Under the pieces are notes generated by a model that was not told where the DNA came from, made no database searches, and saw only the letters and a program-made list of their open reading frames with translations. Of a DNA stretch of 54,232 nucleotides, positions 18,092 through 27,945 are shown one piece after another. The number at the start of each line of letters is the position of its first letter. Position 1 is the stretch's first letter. Source of the DNA: Acidobacteriota bacterium. GTDB taxonomy: Bacteria > Acidobacteriota > UBA6911 > RPQK01 > JADFOI01. A program made the position numbers and the translations under genes. The stretch is from assembly GCA_022562935.1 (NCBI GenBank), contig JADFOI010000004.1, positions 1 through 54,232 on the forward strand, given 5' to 3'.

Positions 18092-18739
18092 TCAGGAATG
18101 TTGCTTTAACGAATCGAAGTGTTTCAAGACCTGAGCGGTTCTCGTTTCATTTTCCAGCTGCATGAAACGAAGTAGATCAGAGAACTCGTCCAGGTCGAAC
18201 GCTATTCGGGGGTTTTCCAGGACCTTGAGTTCGACGCGACGACGCCGGGCCTCTTCCTGGTGTAAGGCCAAACTGTTCTCTCCAAAACGAGAGGGAAAGG
18301 CGTCAGGGGGAGTCCTGAGCAAGGCATTGGTGCCCCTGCCATCTCGTGATGGAATAATGACGGCCGATCGAGCCCCCAACTCCAGGTTGAGGAGAACGTC
18401 GACATCTTCGGGCTCAAGCAGGGGAATGTCGGTGGGAAGGCGCAAGACCACCGAAGCTCCGCGCTGCTGCAAGAGCCGGCAGGCGTGATCCACTGAATGA
18501 CTCTCCGAAATCTGCTGGTTCTCCTCAATCACCTGCCAGCTGCTCTGTTCAGTGAGCAACCCCGGATGGCCACGGGTGACCACAACCACCTGGTCGGGTG
18601 TGATGGCCGCCCGCACAGCACGGGTAACATCCTCGAGCATCGCCCAGACCAACTCCTGGCGCTCCTTGGAAGTCAGATGGCCCGCCAAGCGCTGCTTGGC
18701 ATGGACGGGGTCTTTCAGAGGCAACAACACCACTTTCAT
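18092..18739 (-). CDS. cofC: 2-phospho-L-lactate/PEP guanylyltransferase (CofC/FbiD)
   Basis: PLKDP..AKQRL, AMLEDV, PTDIPL, GRGTNAL, FGENSLALH and AFDLD; lies between cofD and cofE. Confidence 0.93.
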   Translation of the reverse strand: MKVVLLPLKDPVHAKQRLAGHLTSKERQELVWAMLEDVTRAVRAAITPDQVVVVTRGHPGLLTEQSSWQVIEENQQISESHSVDHACRLLQQRGASVVLRLPTDIPLLEPEDVDVLLNLELGARSAVIIPSRDGRGTNALLRTPPDAFPSRFGENSLALHQEEARRRRVELKVLENPRIAFDLDEFSDLLRFMQLENETRTAQVLKHFDSLKQHS

Positions 18740-19656
18740 AGCATTTCCAGGAGTCGGCGAGCCAGGTTGATCTTTTCTTCGGTGTTTGTCATCACCGTGT
18801 TGGTGGTGACCACCTTGAGGTCGAATGTTTCGATCTCTTGCTGCAATTCCTCGTCCCTTTCATCTAAAACAAAAACATCCAGGAAATCTTTGTACATCTC
18901 GGCAATGGCGGTGGGCGAAACCGCATAGTCCAGCTCCGCTAACATTTTGGCCGTGGGTCCTTTCAGCGCACGCTGGTTCACGATCGGGGTGACGGCAACG
19001 ACAGGGGCCTGGGTTTGAACCAGCAGTTCCTTAATGCCTGGAACGGCCAGGATGGGCCCAATGCTGATGAATGGATTGCTGGGACACAGCAGGATAGCCT
19101 CGGCCTTCAAGATTGCATCGGCCACACCGGGGGCCGGTTGAGCCTGCTCGATATTGGAGTACCTCAGCTCCTTGAGCACGGGACGGCACCCTTCTCGAAC
19201 CAGATACTCCTGCAGATGAAGTTCTCCCTGGTCGGTCACCAGATAGGTGGGAACAAAGGAATCGGTCATGGGGAGCAGTTTGTGATTCACCTCGAAAGCC
19301 TGGCAAAGGCGGTCCGTGACCTGGGTCAGAGAGTAACCCTGCTTCAGGAGTGAGGTGCGCCAAATATGGGTGGCCAAATCCCGGTCCCCCAGCTGAAACC
19401 AACCTTCCCCTCCCAACTCCTGTAAGGCAGCCAGACAGCGAAACGAGTCCGCCCTGATGCCCCAGCCTGTTTTCGGGTTCACCTTCCCACAAAGAGTGTA
19501 GAGCACGGTATCCAGGTCCGGACAAATTCGCAGTCCGAAAAGTTCCATATCATCACCGGTATTTCCGATGACGGTGAGTTGATCGGGTGAAAGCAGTTTC
19601 GAGAATCCCAAGATGAGTTTGGAGGCACCAACGCCCCCTGCCAGCATCACGATCAT
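18736..19656 (-). CDS. cofD: LPPG/EPPG:FO transferase (CofD/FbiA)
   Basis: AGGVGASK, NTGDD..GLRICPDLDT, WFQLGDRDLATH, PSNPFISIGPIL and KGPTAK. Confidence 0.95.
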   Translation of the reverse strand: MIVMLAGGVGASKLILGFSKLLSPDQLTVIGNTGDDMELFGLRICPDLDTVLYTLCGKVNPKTGWGIRADSFRCLAALQELGGEGWFQLGDRDLATHIWRTSLLKQGYSLTQVTDRLCQAFEVNHKLLPMTDSFVPTYLVTDQGELHLQEYLVREGCRPVLKELRYSNIEQAQPAPGVADAILKAEAILLCPSNPFISIGPILAVPGIKELLVQTQAPVVAVTPIVNQRALKGPTAKMLAELDYAVSPTAIAEMYKDFLDVFVLDERDEELQQEIETFDLKVVTTNTVMTNTEEKINLARRLLEML

Positions 19657-19680
19657 GCTAAAAACGAGGCACTCAGGTCT

Positions 19681-20346
19681 TTATAGCCCCACCACTTGAA
19701 CACGCGATCCCTTGACCTTGTAACGCCGGTTCAAACCAATTTCCAACAGGGTAATGGCTTCCAGGGAGCGACTGTAGCGTAAGGGACCTGCGTCGATCCA
19801 CCGTAAGGAGGGTATTTGACTCACCACTTCCAGGACCCGTTCTTTAGCGGGCGGCGAATCGGAACAGACAAACTCGTCACAATCCAAGGGCGAATCAATG
19901 TCACAGAGTGAATGTGAAGACAAGGTTTTAAAGGCCCCCACTACTGTGGGTCCCTCAGGCAGAAGGCTTTGCAGATGCTCGGCTCCTGATTTTCCCCCCA
20001 GTTCGAGCAGCCGAGGGCCTTTGTCAAAGACCATCGGAACGGTCACGTCAACCAGAATTTGATCTTCCGAAAAATCTTGTTGGTATTCTCCGATCACCTT
20101 CTCAGCATGAATGAAGGGCACGGTCAAAAAGAGCATTTCGCAGGAAGCGACCAGTTCATGATTGTCCATTCCCTGAATTTTTTCCTCACCCAATTGCTGA
20201 TTGATTTCAAGGGCCTTTTGACGGGCTCGCTCGGCGGAGCGCGAGCCCAGTGCCAGAGTGTGCCCGGCCGCCGCCAGCCGCAGAGCAATGCCCAGGCCCT
20301 CCTCCCCTGTTCCGCTAATGAGTCCGGCCCTGAAGGATTCCGCCAT
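19681..20346 (-). CDS. npdG: NADPH-dependent F420 reductase (F420H2:NADP+ oxidoreductase)
   Basis: GTGEEGLGIALRLA..LGSRS, LTVPF, VDVTVP, SGAE, VVGAF and IDAGPL; heads the cof operon. Confidence 0.88.
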   Translation of the reverse strand: MAESFRAGLISGTGEEGLGIALRLAAAGHTLALGSRSAERARQKALEINQQLGEEKIQGMDNHELVASCEMLFLTVPFIHAEKVIGEYQQDFSEDQILVDVTVPMVFDKGPRLLELGGKSGAEHLQSLLPEGPTVVGAFKTLSSHSLCDIDSPLDCDEFVCSDSPPAKERVLEVVSQIPSLRWIDAGPLRYSRSLEAITLLEIGLNRRYKVKGSRVQVVGL

Positions 20347-20522
20347 TTGGACTTTATTATAGGGGCTGTGGTGGTGAGGCACTAGCTGGCATTTTTGTTC
20401 CTGGTTGATCGATATCCTTTTCTTTTAAATAGGCGCTGTGTCTCCCCCTCTTCACTCTGGGTCTCATAAAAACGGTATGCTGGACAGGTAGAACAACAAA
20501 AGGCAGCTGATGGAGAAGGGCC

Positions 20523-21026
20523 ATGCCTGAAGAACACAAAACCAAACACACCATCCAGCGCATTGGAGGCTACCTGCACCGCATCGTGCCGATTGTGGAC
20601 AGCACGGGCCAGGTCATCAGCCACGTTACTCGTCCCTTCATGGTGGAGGTCAGAGCCCGAGACGTGATGCAGATGATGGTGGGGGCCTCGATTCTGGCCA
20701 TCCCCGTGGGGTTCACGGAAGAAACCTGGACGCTGGGCGCCACCCTTCCCTTCCGGAATGTCCTCGCTCTTGGTTTCGTTTCCCTACTGTTTATTTCAGC
20801 CTTTGTGTACTTCAACTTTTACCGATTTCATTTCAAGGGATACCATTGGGAATTCATCAAGCGGGTTGTGGGGATCTATGGGGTAGCTCTGATCGTGGTG
20901 GCCGTCCTGCTCACCATCATCGATAAGTGCCCGTGGGGGATTGACAATTTAGTCGCTATGAAGCGAGTCATCATTGTCGCCTTTCCAGCTTCGATGAGCG
21001 CGGCAGTGAGCGATCTGCTGAAATGA
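20523..21026 (+). CDS. DUF2391-like membrane protein
   Basis: GASILAIPVGFTEETW and FPASMSAAVSD motifs; several TM helices. Confidence 0.75.
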   Translation: MPEEHKTKHTIQRIGGYLHRIVPIVDSTGQVISHVTRPFMVEVRARDVMQMMVGASILAIPVGFTEETWTLGATLPFRNVLALGFVSLLFISAFVYFNFYRFHFKGYHWEFIKRVVGIYGVALIVVAVLLTIIDKCPWGIDNLVAMKRVIIVAFPASMSAAVSDLLK

Positions 21027-21101
21027 AGTGAGTGGACCCTGAGGGTCCAGCAGTTGCCTCTGATTGACACCCCTTTCGCGTCCTGATAAATACCCACTCT
21101 G

Positions 21102-22139
21102 GTGATACCCTCTGACTTGACCCTCGATACCACCCGACGGCGCTTCCTGGGACTGGCAGCCCGGACCCTCGCCACCGGAGTCCTGGGATCTTTAGGAGCC
21201 TGCTCTTCCAACCAGCCGGGCTCCAGCGCCCAAGGCCAAAAGGCGGCTCTGCGACTGGACTGGATTGTGGTGGGAAAGCACGCTCCCTATTTCCTGGGTA
21301 GGGAACGGGGCTACTACGAATCGGAAGGCATCCTGCTCGAGATTCAGGGGGGCAAGGGCTCCGGGAACACGGCTCAACTTGTGGCCGCCGGATCCCATCT
21401 CTTTGGTTACCTGGACGCAGGTATTTTAATCCGCAGCATTCAGGAAGGCGCCCCTCTGAAATCGATCATGGTGATCAAGCAGAAGACACCCTTTTGCATC
21501 GTTTCACTCAAAAAGAGTGGAATCCGTTCCCCCCAGGATCTGGAAGGAAAATCTCTGGCTGCCACCACCGGGGTCAACGATCCGATCCTCAGTCTGCTAC
21601 CGGCCCTTATGCAAAAGAACGATGCGGACTTCTCCAAGGTGCAGGTGGTCCAGGTCGCCTCCCAGGCCAAGGAAGGGCTGGTGTTGACGGGAAGAGTGGA
21701 TGCCATGACGGGCTCCATTACCGCCCAGCCCCCTGCCTTTGAGGCCCGGGGTCATGACATCGATGTCCTCTCCTACTCAGACTGGGGGATCAATCCCATC
21801 TCCAATGTGATGGTCACCCACAACGCCCTCCTCCAGGAAGATCCCCAACTGGTCCGCAGCTTTCTCAAGGCAACCGTAAGCAGTATCGAGGCCTCTTTGA
21901 AAAGCCCCGAAGACGCGGTCGCCTCTCTCAAGAAGGCTTATCCGGAAATCGACACTCAAGTGGCCTTGCTGCAGCTCCAGTGGTTTTTCAAGCTGATCCA
22001 GCCCGAGCACACCCAGGCAGTTTTCGGGTATCACGACAGGGGAACGTGGGAAGACCTGCAGGCTTTGCAAATTCAATATCTGGGCCTGAAGGAAAGATGG
22101 GATGTCTCCCGATACTTCACCAACGACTTCCTTCCTTAG
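21102..22139 (+). CDS. ABC transporter substrate-binding protein, NMT1/THI5-like (Tat lipoprotein)
   Basis: TRRRFL twin-arginine motif and LGAC lipobox; LRLDW..HAPYFLG..GYY..GKGS and IRSPQDLEGK. Confidence 0.88.
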   Translation: MIPSDLTLDTTRRRFLGLAARTLATGVLGSLGACSSNQPGSSAQGQKAALRLDWIVVGKHAPYFLGRERGYYESEGILLEIQGGKGSGNTAQLVAAGSHLFGYLDAGILIRSIQEGAPLKSIMVIKQKTPFCIVSLKKSGIRSPQDLEGKSLAATTGVNDPILSLLPALMQKNDADFSKVQVVQVASQAKEGLVLTGRVDAMTGSITAQPPAFEARGHDIDVLSYSDWGINPISNVMVTHNALLQEDPQLVRSFLKATVSSIEASLKSPEDAVASLKKAYPEIDTQVALLQLQWFFKLIQPEHTQAVFGYHDRGTWEDLQALQIQYLGLKERWDVSRYFTNDFLP

Positions 22140-22144
22140 CCCAG

Positions 22145-22933
22145 CTAACCGTGCAACCAGGACTCGCCGCTGCGTTGGGGCACAAAGCGACGTTCCAGCA
22201 CATCGATGAGAAAGAACAGCAAAGCCCCGATCAGGGTCACCACCGTCAGCGCTTCAAAAAGTAGAACGGACTGGAAGTTGGCACCTGCTGAGAGAAGCAG
22301 GTAACCCAGCCCTCTTTCCGAAGCCACCCACTCCGCTACCACGGCACCGATGACCGCCAAGGTAATAGCGATCTTGAGTCCGCCAAATAGGCTGGGAAGG
22401 GCGCTGGGAAAAGTGACCTTGCAAAAGATCTTCACCGGGCTGGCGTTCATCGATCGGATCATCAGGATCGCCTGAGGGTCGACCGATTTTAGCCCGGTGA
22501 TGGTGTTGATAATGATGGGAAAGATGGAAATCAAGACCACCAGCAGGATCTTGGGCGCCCAACCGAAACCGAACCAGATGAGAAACAGGGGTGCGACTGC
22601 GATCTTGGGAACAATCTGAGAGAAGACCAATAAGGGGTAAAGGGCGCTCTCCAACGGTTTCGAGTAAACGATCAGGATCGCGCAAGGAACGCCAATGGCC
22701 AGGCTCATCACGAATCCCACCAAAATTTCGATGGTCGTGACCTGGGCATGGACCCAGAGAAGACCTAGATCGTTGATCAAGCCCAGGAAGATCTGCGAGG
22801 GGGCTGGGAGAATATAGGTGGGCATGTGGAAACTCCAAACCAGGGTTTCCCAAAACCCAACGACGCCGACCATGACCATCAGGGGCGGGACCAGATTCCT
22901 GGTCCGATTTCTCTCCGGCTTCTTCATCTCCAC
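22145..22933 (-). CDS. ABC transporter permease (SsuC/TauC-like)
   Basis: YILPAPSQI, PKIAVAPLFLIWFGFG, FPSALPSLFGGLK and AEWVASERGLGY. Confidence 0.92.
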   Translation of the reverse strand: MEMKKPERNRTRNLVPPLMVMVGVVGFWETLVWSFHMPTYILPAPSQIFLGLINDLGLLWVHAQVTTIEILVGFVMSLAIGVPCAILIVYSKPLESALYPLLVFSQIVPKIAVAPLFLIWFGFGWAPKILLVVLISIFPIIINTITGLKSVDPQAILMIRSMNASPVKIFCKVTFPSALPSLFGGLKIAITLAVIGAVVAEWVASERGLGYLLLSAGANFQSVLLFEALTVVTLIGALLFFLIDVLERRFVPQRSGESWLHG

Positions 22934-22946
22934 GGCCCAAAAGGAT

Positions 22947-23855
22947 TCAGCTGAGATAGTTGTCCCGATACCAGGCTGCGATCTCCTCGCGACTGGTGAA
23001 CCAGACTTTCTCCTGACTCTTCATATAGGTCAGGATCCGGTCCAGTGTGGGAATCCGGTAAGGCTGACCCACGACATGAGGATGCAGCCCCACGTTCATC
23101 ATGCGTCCGCTCTTTTCTCCCTCACGATAGAGGGTATCGAATTGGGCTTGGACAATCTCGAAGACGGTTTGAGGAGAATGGAAGTGACGCATGAATAGAG
23201 GATAATCATTGATTTCCGTGGTATAGGGGATCGATAGAATCTGCTTGCTTCCCACCTGAATGGGATAGGGTTGATCGTCATTGACAAAGTCGCAGAAGAA
23301 CTCAATGCCTTCCTCGACCAGGATCCCCAGAGTATTGACGGTTGGGCTTACCGAGGGTGAGAGCCAACCCTTCGCTTTGCGTCCCACAACCTCTTCATAC
23401 TCTGCCAGCGTGGCTTGGATGTACGCCTTCTCCGCCTCGCGGTCCCGTGTAAAATTCACCAGCAAATCATTTTCGACCTGGGAGTGAGCGACCAGTTCCC
23501 AGTCACGCTTCTTGAGTTCATCAAGAATCCTGGGAAATCGCTTGCCCAGTGACGTGTTGATGGTGGCAGTCGCCTGAATCTGGTGTTTGTCAAAGACCTC
23601 CAGTATGCGCCAGATGCCAACTCGGTGGCCATATTCTCTCCAGGTATGATTGACAAAATCGGGCACCCCTTCCGGCAGCGGGATGGGGAGCAAGTTGGGT
23701 CCGCCCGGATAAGAGAGCTTTCCCTTCTCGGGAACAGGATCCCAGCATTCCACATTGACGGTGAGAACGACAGCGATACGGGCATCGTTGGGCCACTTGA
23801 GGGGCTTTCGATCAACGATGGCAGAGTACTCATAGTGAAATTCCATGGGGCTCAT
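22947..23855 (-). CDS. Polysaccharide deacetylase family protein (PuuE allantoinase-like)
   Basis: WPNDARIAV..NVE, WREYGHRVGIWR, NDDQPY, PYTTEIND and GLHPHVVGQPYR. Confidence 0.85.
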   Translation of the reverse strand: MSPMEFHYEYSAIVDRKPLKWPNDARIAVVLTVNVECWDPVPEKGKLSYPGGPNLLPIPLPEGVPDFVNHTWREYGHRVGIWRILEVFDKHQIQATATINTSLGKRFPRILDELKKRDWELVAHSQVENDLLVNFTRDREAEKAYIQATLAEYEEVVGRKAKGWLSPSVSPTVNTLGILVEEGIEFFCDFVNDDQPYPIQVGSKQILSIPYTTEINDYPLFMRHFHSPQTVFEIVQAQFDTLYREGEKSGRMMNVGLHPHVVGQPYRIPTLDRILTYMKSQEKVWFTSREEIAAWYRDNYLS

Positions 23856-23874
23856 TCCCTTACTCCAGATGCGC

Positions 23875-24309
23875 TTACAGAACTCCCCAGCTCTTTGCAT
23901 GGTTTACGGCGACATGGATGATGGGTCGTTCCTCTATGGCCATCTCTTGATACTGAGGATATTTCATGCGCAAGAGGTGGACACCTTTTTTATGTCTCGG
24001 GCCTCGGGTGAGTATCTTTGCCCTCCCTCGAATCAGAAGATAGGCCAGCCGCGACCAATCTTCTTCGTATCGATCGACGACCATGGAAACATAGGAGTTT
24101 TCACGAATGTTTCTGACCCTTTCCAGCAGGAGAGGAGCGATTTTTTTGGGCTTCGCGTCAATGGAAGAGTATACATCCGCATCCTCAAAGGCATAGCAGA
24201 TGGGTACAACCAAGGGGTGTCCACTGGCGTCGGTGGTTGCCAAATGGGCCACCCGCCCAGCGCTTAGAAAGTCCTTCTGCCTTTGGTTTAAAACAGGTCC
24301 TTTGGACAA
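23875..24309 (-). CDS. PPOX-class (split beta-barrel) F420-dependent oxidoreductase; start uncertain
   Basis: RVAHLAT..GHPLVVPICYA, IDAKPK, RVRNIREN..VDRYEEDWSRL and KYPQY. Confidence 0.88.
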   Translation of the reverse strand: MSKGPVLNQRQKDFLSAGRVAHLATTDASGHPLVVPICYAFEDADVYSSIDAKPKKIAPLLLERVRNIRENSYVSMVVDRYEEDWSRLAYLLIRGRAKILTRGPRHKKGVHLLRMKYPQYQEMAIEERPIIHVAVNHAKSWGVL

Positions 24310-24317
24310 GATAGGAA

Positions 24318-25235
24318 CTACCGGGCAAGCTCCCGGAGCTGCTCCATCCATTCAATCATTTTATCCACCGAGTCGGCACCCGGCGAGAATTGTACGTCAA
24401 ACAGCAGATCCGTGGCACCCAGCTCTTGGGTTGCCGCAATGTCGCCCTTGATCTGCTCGAGCGTCCCCGTGAAATCGGCACGCTCGTTCTCTAGCGGGGA
24501 ATCTGAGATCTCGAGGTTGGCCCGAACAAGAAGATCCAGCTTCTCGGGATCGCGGCCGAACTCCTGGGCCATTTCCTTGATGCCCTCGAACATCTGAGCC
24601 ACTCCACCCAGGGGAATTCCCACCGGCATCCAGCCATCGCTGTATTGGGCCACTCGCCGCAGAGCAGCCGGAACATAGGCGGCCAAAAAGATGGGCGGGC
24701 GCGGTTTCTGAATGGGCTTGGGACCTATAAACGATTTGGGGATGCGGTAGTACTCTCCCTCGAATTCCACCGGATCTGTGGTCCAAATCGCTTCTAAAAC
24801 CTGAAGGCTTTCATCTGCTCGCTTGCCCCGAGTCTTCATGGAAGTACCGACAGCATCGTATTCATCGGGTGACCATCCATTGCCAAAGCCAACCTGCAAG
24901 CGCCCTCCTGAAAGAACATCAAGCGTACTCAAGCGCCGCGCCAAAAGGGTCGGGTTATAGAAGGGAATGTTGAGGACGCTGGTTCCCAAGCTGATTTTCG
25001 TCGTGTGAGCGGCAACAAAGGTGAGTGTTTCCAGTGGGTCCAACACGTTCTTGTATAACGCGGGCAAGGTGCCATCCCCCACCGGATAAGGGGACTGAGG
25101 ATCCACCGGCCAGAGCACTCGATCCAGTACCCACAAACTGTCAAAGCCAAGGTCTTCCGCACCTTTGGCCACCCGAATCAGGGCCTCAGCCCCTGCTAAA
25201 GGGCCGATTTGGGGTAAAGCAAATCCTAAACGCAT
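24318..25235 (-). CDS. LLM-class F420-dependent oxidoreductase
   Basis: AEDLGFDSLWVLDR, LDPLETLTFVAAHT..LGTSVL, LDVLSGGRL and PKPIQKPRPPI; AGGAGAG RBS. Confidence 0.93.
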   Translation of the reverse strand: MRLGFALPQIGPLAGAEALIRVAKGAEDLGFDSLWVLDRVLWPVDPQSPYPVGDGTLPALYKNVLDPLETLTFVAAHTTKISLGTSVLNIPFYNPTLLARRLSTLDVLSGGRLQVGFGNGWSPDEYDAVGTSMKTRGKRADESLQVLEAIWTTDPVEFEGEYYRIPKSFIGPKPIQKPRPPIFLAAYVPAALRRVAQYSDGWMPVGIPLGGVAQMFEGIKEMAQEFGRDPEKLDLLVRANLEISDSPLENERADFTGTLEQIKGDIAATQELGATDLLFDVQFSPGADSVDKMIEWMEQLRELAR

Positions 25236-25249
25236 AGGTCTCTCCTTTT

Positions 25250-25663
25250 CTATGTGGTTATAGCAATTGGGCCTTTCCGACTCCTGTCGCTGCTCATAGA
25301 TGAAGGGATCACTCGCTCATAAAACAAGTCGAGCTGCTCCAGCTCATCATCCAGGGGCCACAGAAAAACTCGTTGGGCCCCGGCTGCGGCAAAGGCCGTC
25401 ACTTTCTTCGCACACTCTTCCGGAGGTCCGATGGGCAGCCTTTCCCGGAGCTCTTCCAGAGGGCGGTTCAAGGTTGGCCCGAGCACTGTGGAAAGAACCT
25501 CCTCCGCTTTGAAGCGGTCTTCTGTGACATACCTCCACAGGGTGGAGATGCCCTTGGGAAAAGACTCAGGTTTTTTTCCGACCAGAGAGAGTTGTTGGGA
25601 AGGATAGGCAAGACTTTCTGCAAATCCCTCGGGTGGTGAACACCATATTCCATACTCCTCCAA
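25250..25663 (-). pseudogene. C-terminal remnant of a second LLM-class oxidoreductase
   Basis: Only IGPPEECAKKVTAFAAAGAQRVFLWP..LEQLDLFYERVIP-type C-terminal sequence is present; the N-terminal part of the barrel is missing. Confidence 0.7.
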
Positions 25664-25787
25664 GAATGTTATGGATTTTCTAAAAAAGCAAGTGGCTACA
25701 TCTCTTTAGTGGATGGATTTGTAACACTTACCCAAGCAACATTGACGCAGGGAGATGCTATTGTATCCTGAGGTGAAGGTCGCCCCT

Positions 25788-25976
25788 ATGAAAGTCGTCT
25801 CGGTTGCAGCAGCCGTTATTTGTACCGCATTGATTTTCGCACTGCCCCGTTGGACCAGCGCTCTGCCCGATATCCTCAATCTATTCCTCGGTATTTTGAC
25901 GGGTGTGGTCTGGTTTTTAGTGCTCCTATTTGCCCTGAGCACCCTGAGGAGCACAGAACAGAAAATCGATTCTTGA
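25788..25976 (+). CDS. Small hypothetical membrane protein
   Basis: Two hydrophobic helices; upstream TTGACG-16-TATCCT; co-oriented with the downstream genes. Confidence 0.5.
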   Translation: MKVVSVAAAVICTALIFALPRWTSALPDILNLFLGILTGVVWFLVLLFALSTLRSTEQKIDS

Positions 25977-25991
25977 GGAGAACGCAGGAGG

Positions 25992-26441
25992 ATGAAGGCC
26001 CAGGCGGTCATACTCGGCTTGCTGGCCTGCGCATTCCTGGGGCGGGTGCTGGGCCAGGTCACTGTTGCGCTCCTTGAGCCCGACTGGTTGCCCCCCATGC
26101 AGGACGGGTACTCGGGTCTGCTCCCCTACTCGATCCTGCTTCCTATTCAGGTAGCCATACTACTGATTCAAGCGCGCATCTCCTGGGATCTCTGGCGCGG
26201 ATCCGGATTTTTCACCCAACGCTATCCACGCTTCGGTGTGAGGCTCGGCTGGTTCAGCTACGGATACTTCGCGGTTATGGTGATCCGCTACCTGATCACC
26301 ATGGTCCTCTTCCCGGAACGTCGCTGGTTGGGCAGCGGTACGATTCCCATCGTTTTCCATTGGGTCCTGGCCGCCTTTCTCTTGACCTGGAGCCGATTCC
26401 ACAACCCATCAAACGGAGGTCTACATGCTGACACGACGTGA
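25992..26441 (+). CDS. Hypothetical membrane protein
   Basis: Strong AGGAGG RBS; about four TM segments; overlaps the next gene. Confidence 0.75.
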   Translation: MKAQAVILGLLACAFLGRVLGQVTVALLEPDWLPPMQDGYSGLLPYSILLPIQVAILLIQARISWDLWRGSGFFTQRYPRFGVRLGWFSYGYFAVMVIRYLITMVLFPERRWLGSGTIPIVFHWVLAAFLLTWSRFHNPSNGGLHADTT

Positions 26442-27915
26442 ATTACTCAAACGGGCCACTCGGGCCGGAATCGCCGCTGCACTGATGCCGGCCGCCTGCA
26501 CCGTACCGACTCCAGAGCCAGCCGGCGTCTGGGTCAACGACGTCCATTCCCAGCTCAATCGTACCCGTGTGCTGGGTATCGATCGTCCCGCCAACGTGGA
26601 AGCATTGCAGGCGGTCGTGAGTAAGGCTCGCAACGAGGAGCGCAGTATTTCCGTCATGGGGGGCCGTCACGCCATGGGAGGACAACAGTTCGGCAGCGAC
26701 ACCTTCCTCATCGATATGAATGGCATGCAGGGTATCCACGAGTTTGACGCGCAGAAGGGCGAGGTCGAGATCGGTGCGGGAATGCAGTGGCCGGAATTGA
26801 TTGCGGATTTGCTGGAACTTCAGCGCGGCCGTGAGCGCCCGTGGGGAATTGTCCAGAAACAGACCGGCGCCGACCGCCTCAGTATCGGCGGTGCGCTGGC
26901 AGCTAACGTGCACAGCCGTGGCCTAAGTTACCAGCCCATCGTGCAAGACGTGGAAGCCTTCACCCTCATCGACGCAAGAGGCGAAATCCTCCGCTGCAGC
27001 CGTCAGGAAAATACCGAGCTCTTTCAATTGACCATCGGTGGCTACGGCCTCTTTGGTGTCATTGCCACCGTGCGACTCCGACTGGCACCCCGACAAAAGA
27101 TCGAGCGGGTGGTTGAGGTGACCGATGTTTCAGGCATCGCCAGCCGCTTTGAGGAACGCATTGAGCAGGGCTTTCTGTTCGGAGACTTCCAGTATTCAAC
27201 CGACGTCCAATCGGAGTCGCTGCTCCGGCAAGGCGTCTTCTCCTGTTATCGACCCGTGGACCCTGATACACCGGTGCCGGAATCCCAACACGCTCTCAGC
27301 CGTGACAACTGGTTGAGTCTTCTCGAGCTGGGACACGTGAACCGGGCCGAGGCTTTCAATCAATACTCCACGTATTATCTGGGAACCAACGGCCAGGTCT
27401 ACTGGTCCGATACCCATCAGCTCTCCACCTACATTGACGACTATCATTTCGAACTGGGCAGACGAATCGGTGCGCTGTCGGAGGGCACGGAAATGATCAC
27501 CGAGATTGACGTCCCTCGTAACGCCCTGGCCCCTTTCCTGGAGGAGGTGCGAGCGGACTTTATCGAAAACGATGTCAACCTGATTTATGGGACCATCCGG
27601 ATGATTGAACGCGACGACGAGACCTTCCTGGCATGGGCCCGAGAACCCTGGGCCTGTATCATCTTCAATCTGCACACCGCCCATGACGCCGAGTCACTGG
27701 ATCGAACGGCCGAACACTTCCGAAGACTGATCGAGAGAGGCCGTGCTTACGGTGGCACCTACTATTTGACCTACCACCGCTGGGCAACGCGCGATCAACT
27801 GCTGGCCTGCTACCCGCGATTTCCGGAATTCCTTCAGTTGAAACTCCAACACGACCCGCAGGAGCTTTTCCAGAGCGACTGGTATCGCCACTACCGCGCC
27901 CTCTTCTCCGGCTGA
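26425..27915 (+). CDS. FAD-linked oxidase (VAO/PCMH-type), Tat lipoprotein
   Basis: LTRRELLK and PAAC signal; GGRHAMGGQ flavinylation-type motif; SIGGALAANVH, IGGYGLFGVI and GGTYYL..HDP..F.S.WY. Confidence 0.88.
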   Translation: MLTRRELLKRATRAGIAAALMPAACTVPTPEPAGVWVNDVHSQLNRTRVLGIDRPANVEALQAVVSKARNEERSISVMGGRHAMGGQQFGSDTFLIDMNGMQGIHEFDAQKGEVEIGAGMQWPELIADLLELQRGRERPWGIVQKQTGADRLSIGGALAANVHSRGLSYQPIVQDVEAFTLIDARGEILRCSRQENTELFQLTIGGYGLFGVIATVRLRLAPRQKIERVVEVTDVSGIASRFEERIEQGFLFGDFQYSTDVQSESLLRQGVFSCYRPVDPDTPVPESQHALSRDNWLSLLELGHVNRAEAFNQYSTYYLGTNGQVYWSDTHQLSTYIDDYHFELGRRIGALSEGTEMITEIDVPRNALAPFLEEVRADFIENDVNLIYGTIRMIERDDETFLAWAREPWACIIFNLHTAHDAESLDRTAEHFRRLIERGRAYGGTYYLTYHRWATRDQLLACYPRFPEFLQLKLQHDPQELFQSDWYRHYRALFSG

Positions 27916-27945
27916 GCGAAGCAGGCTGAGACTTTGGGTCTCGGA

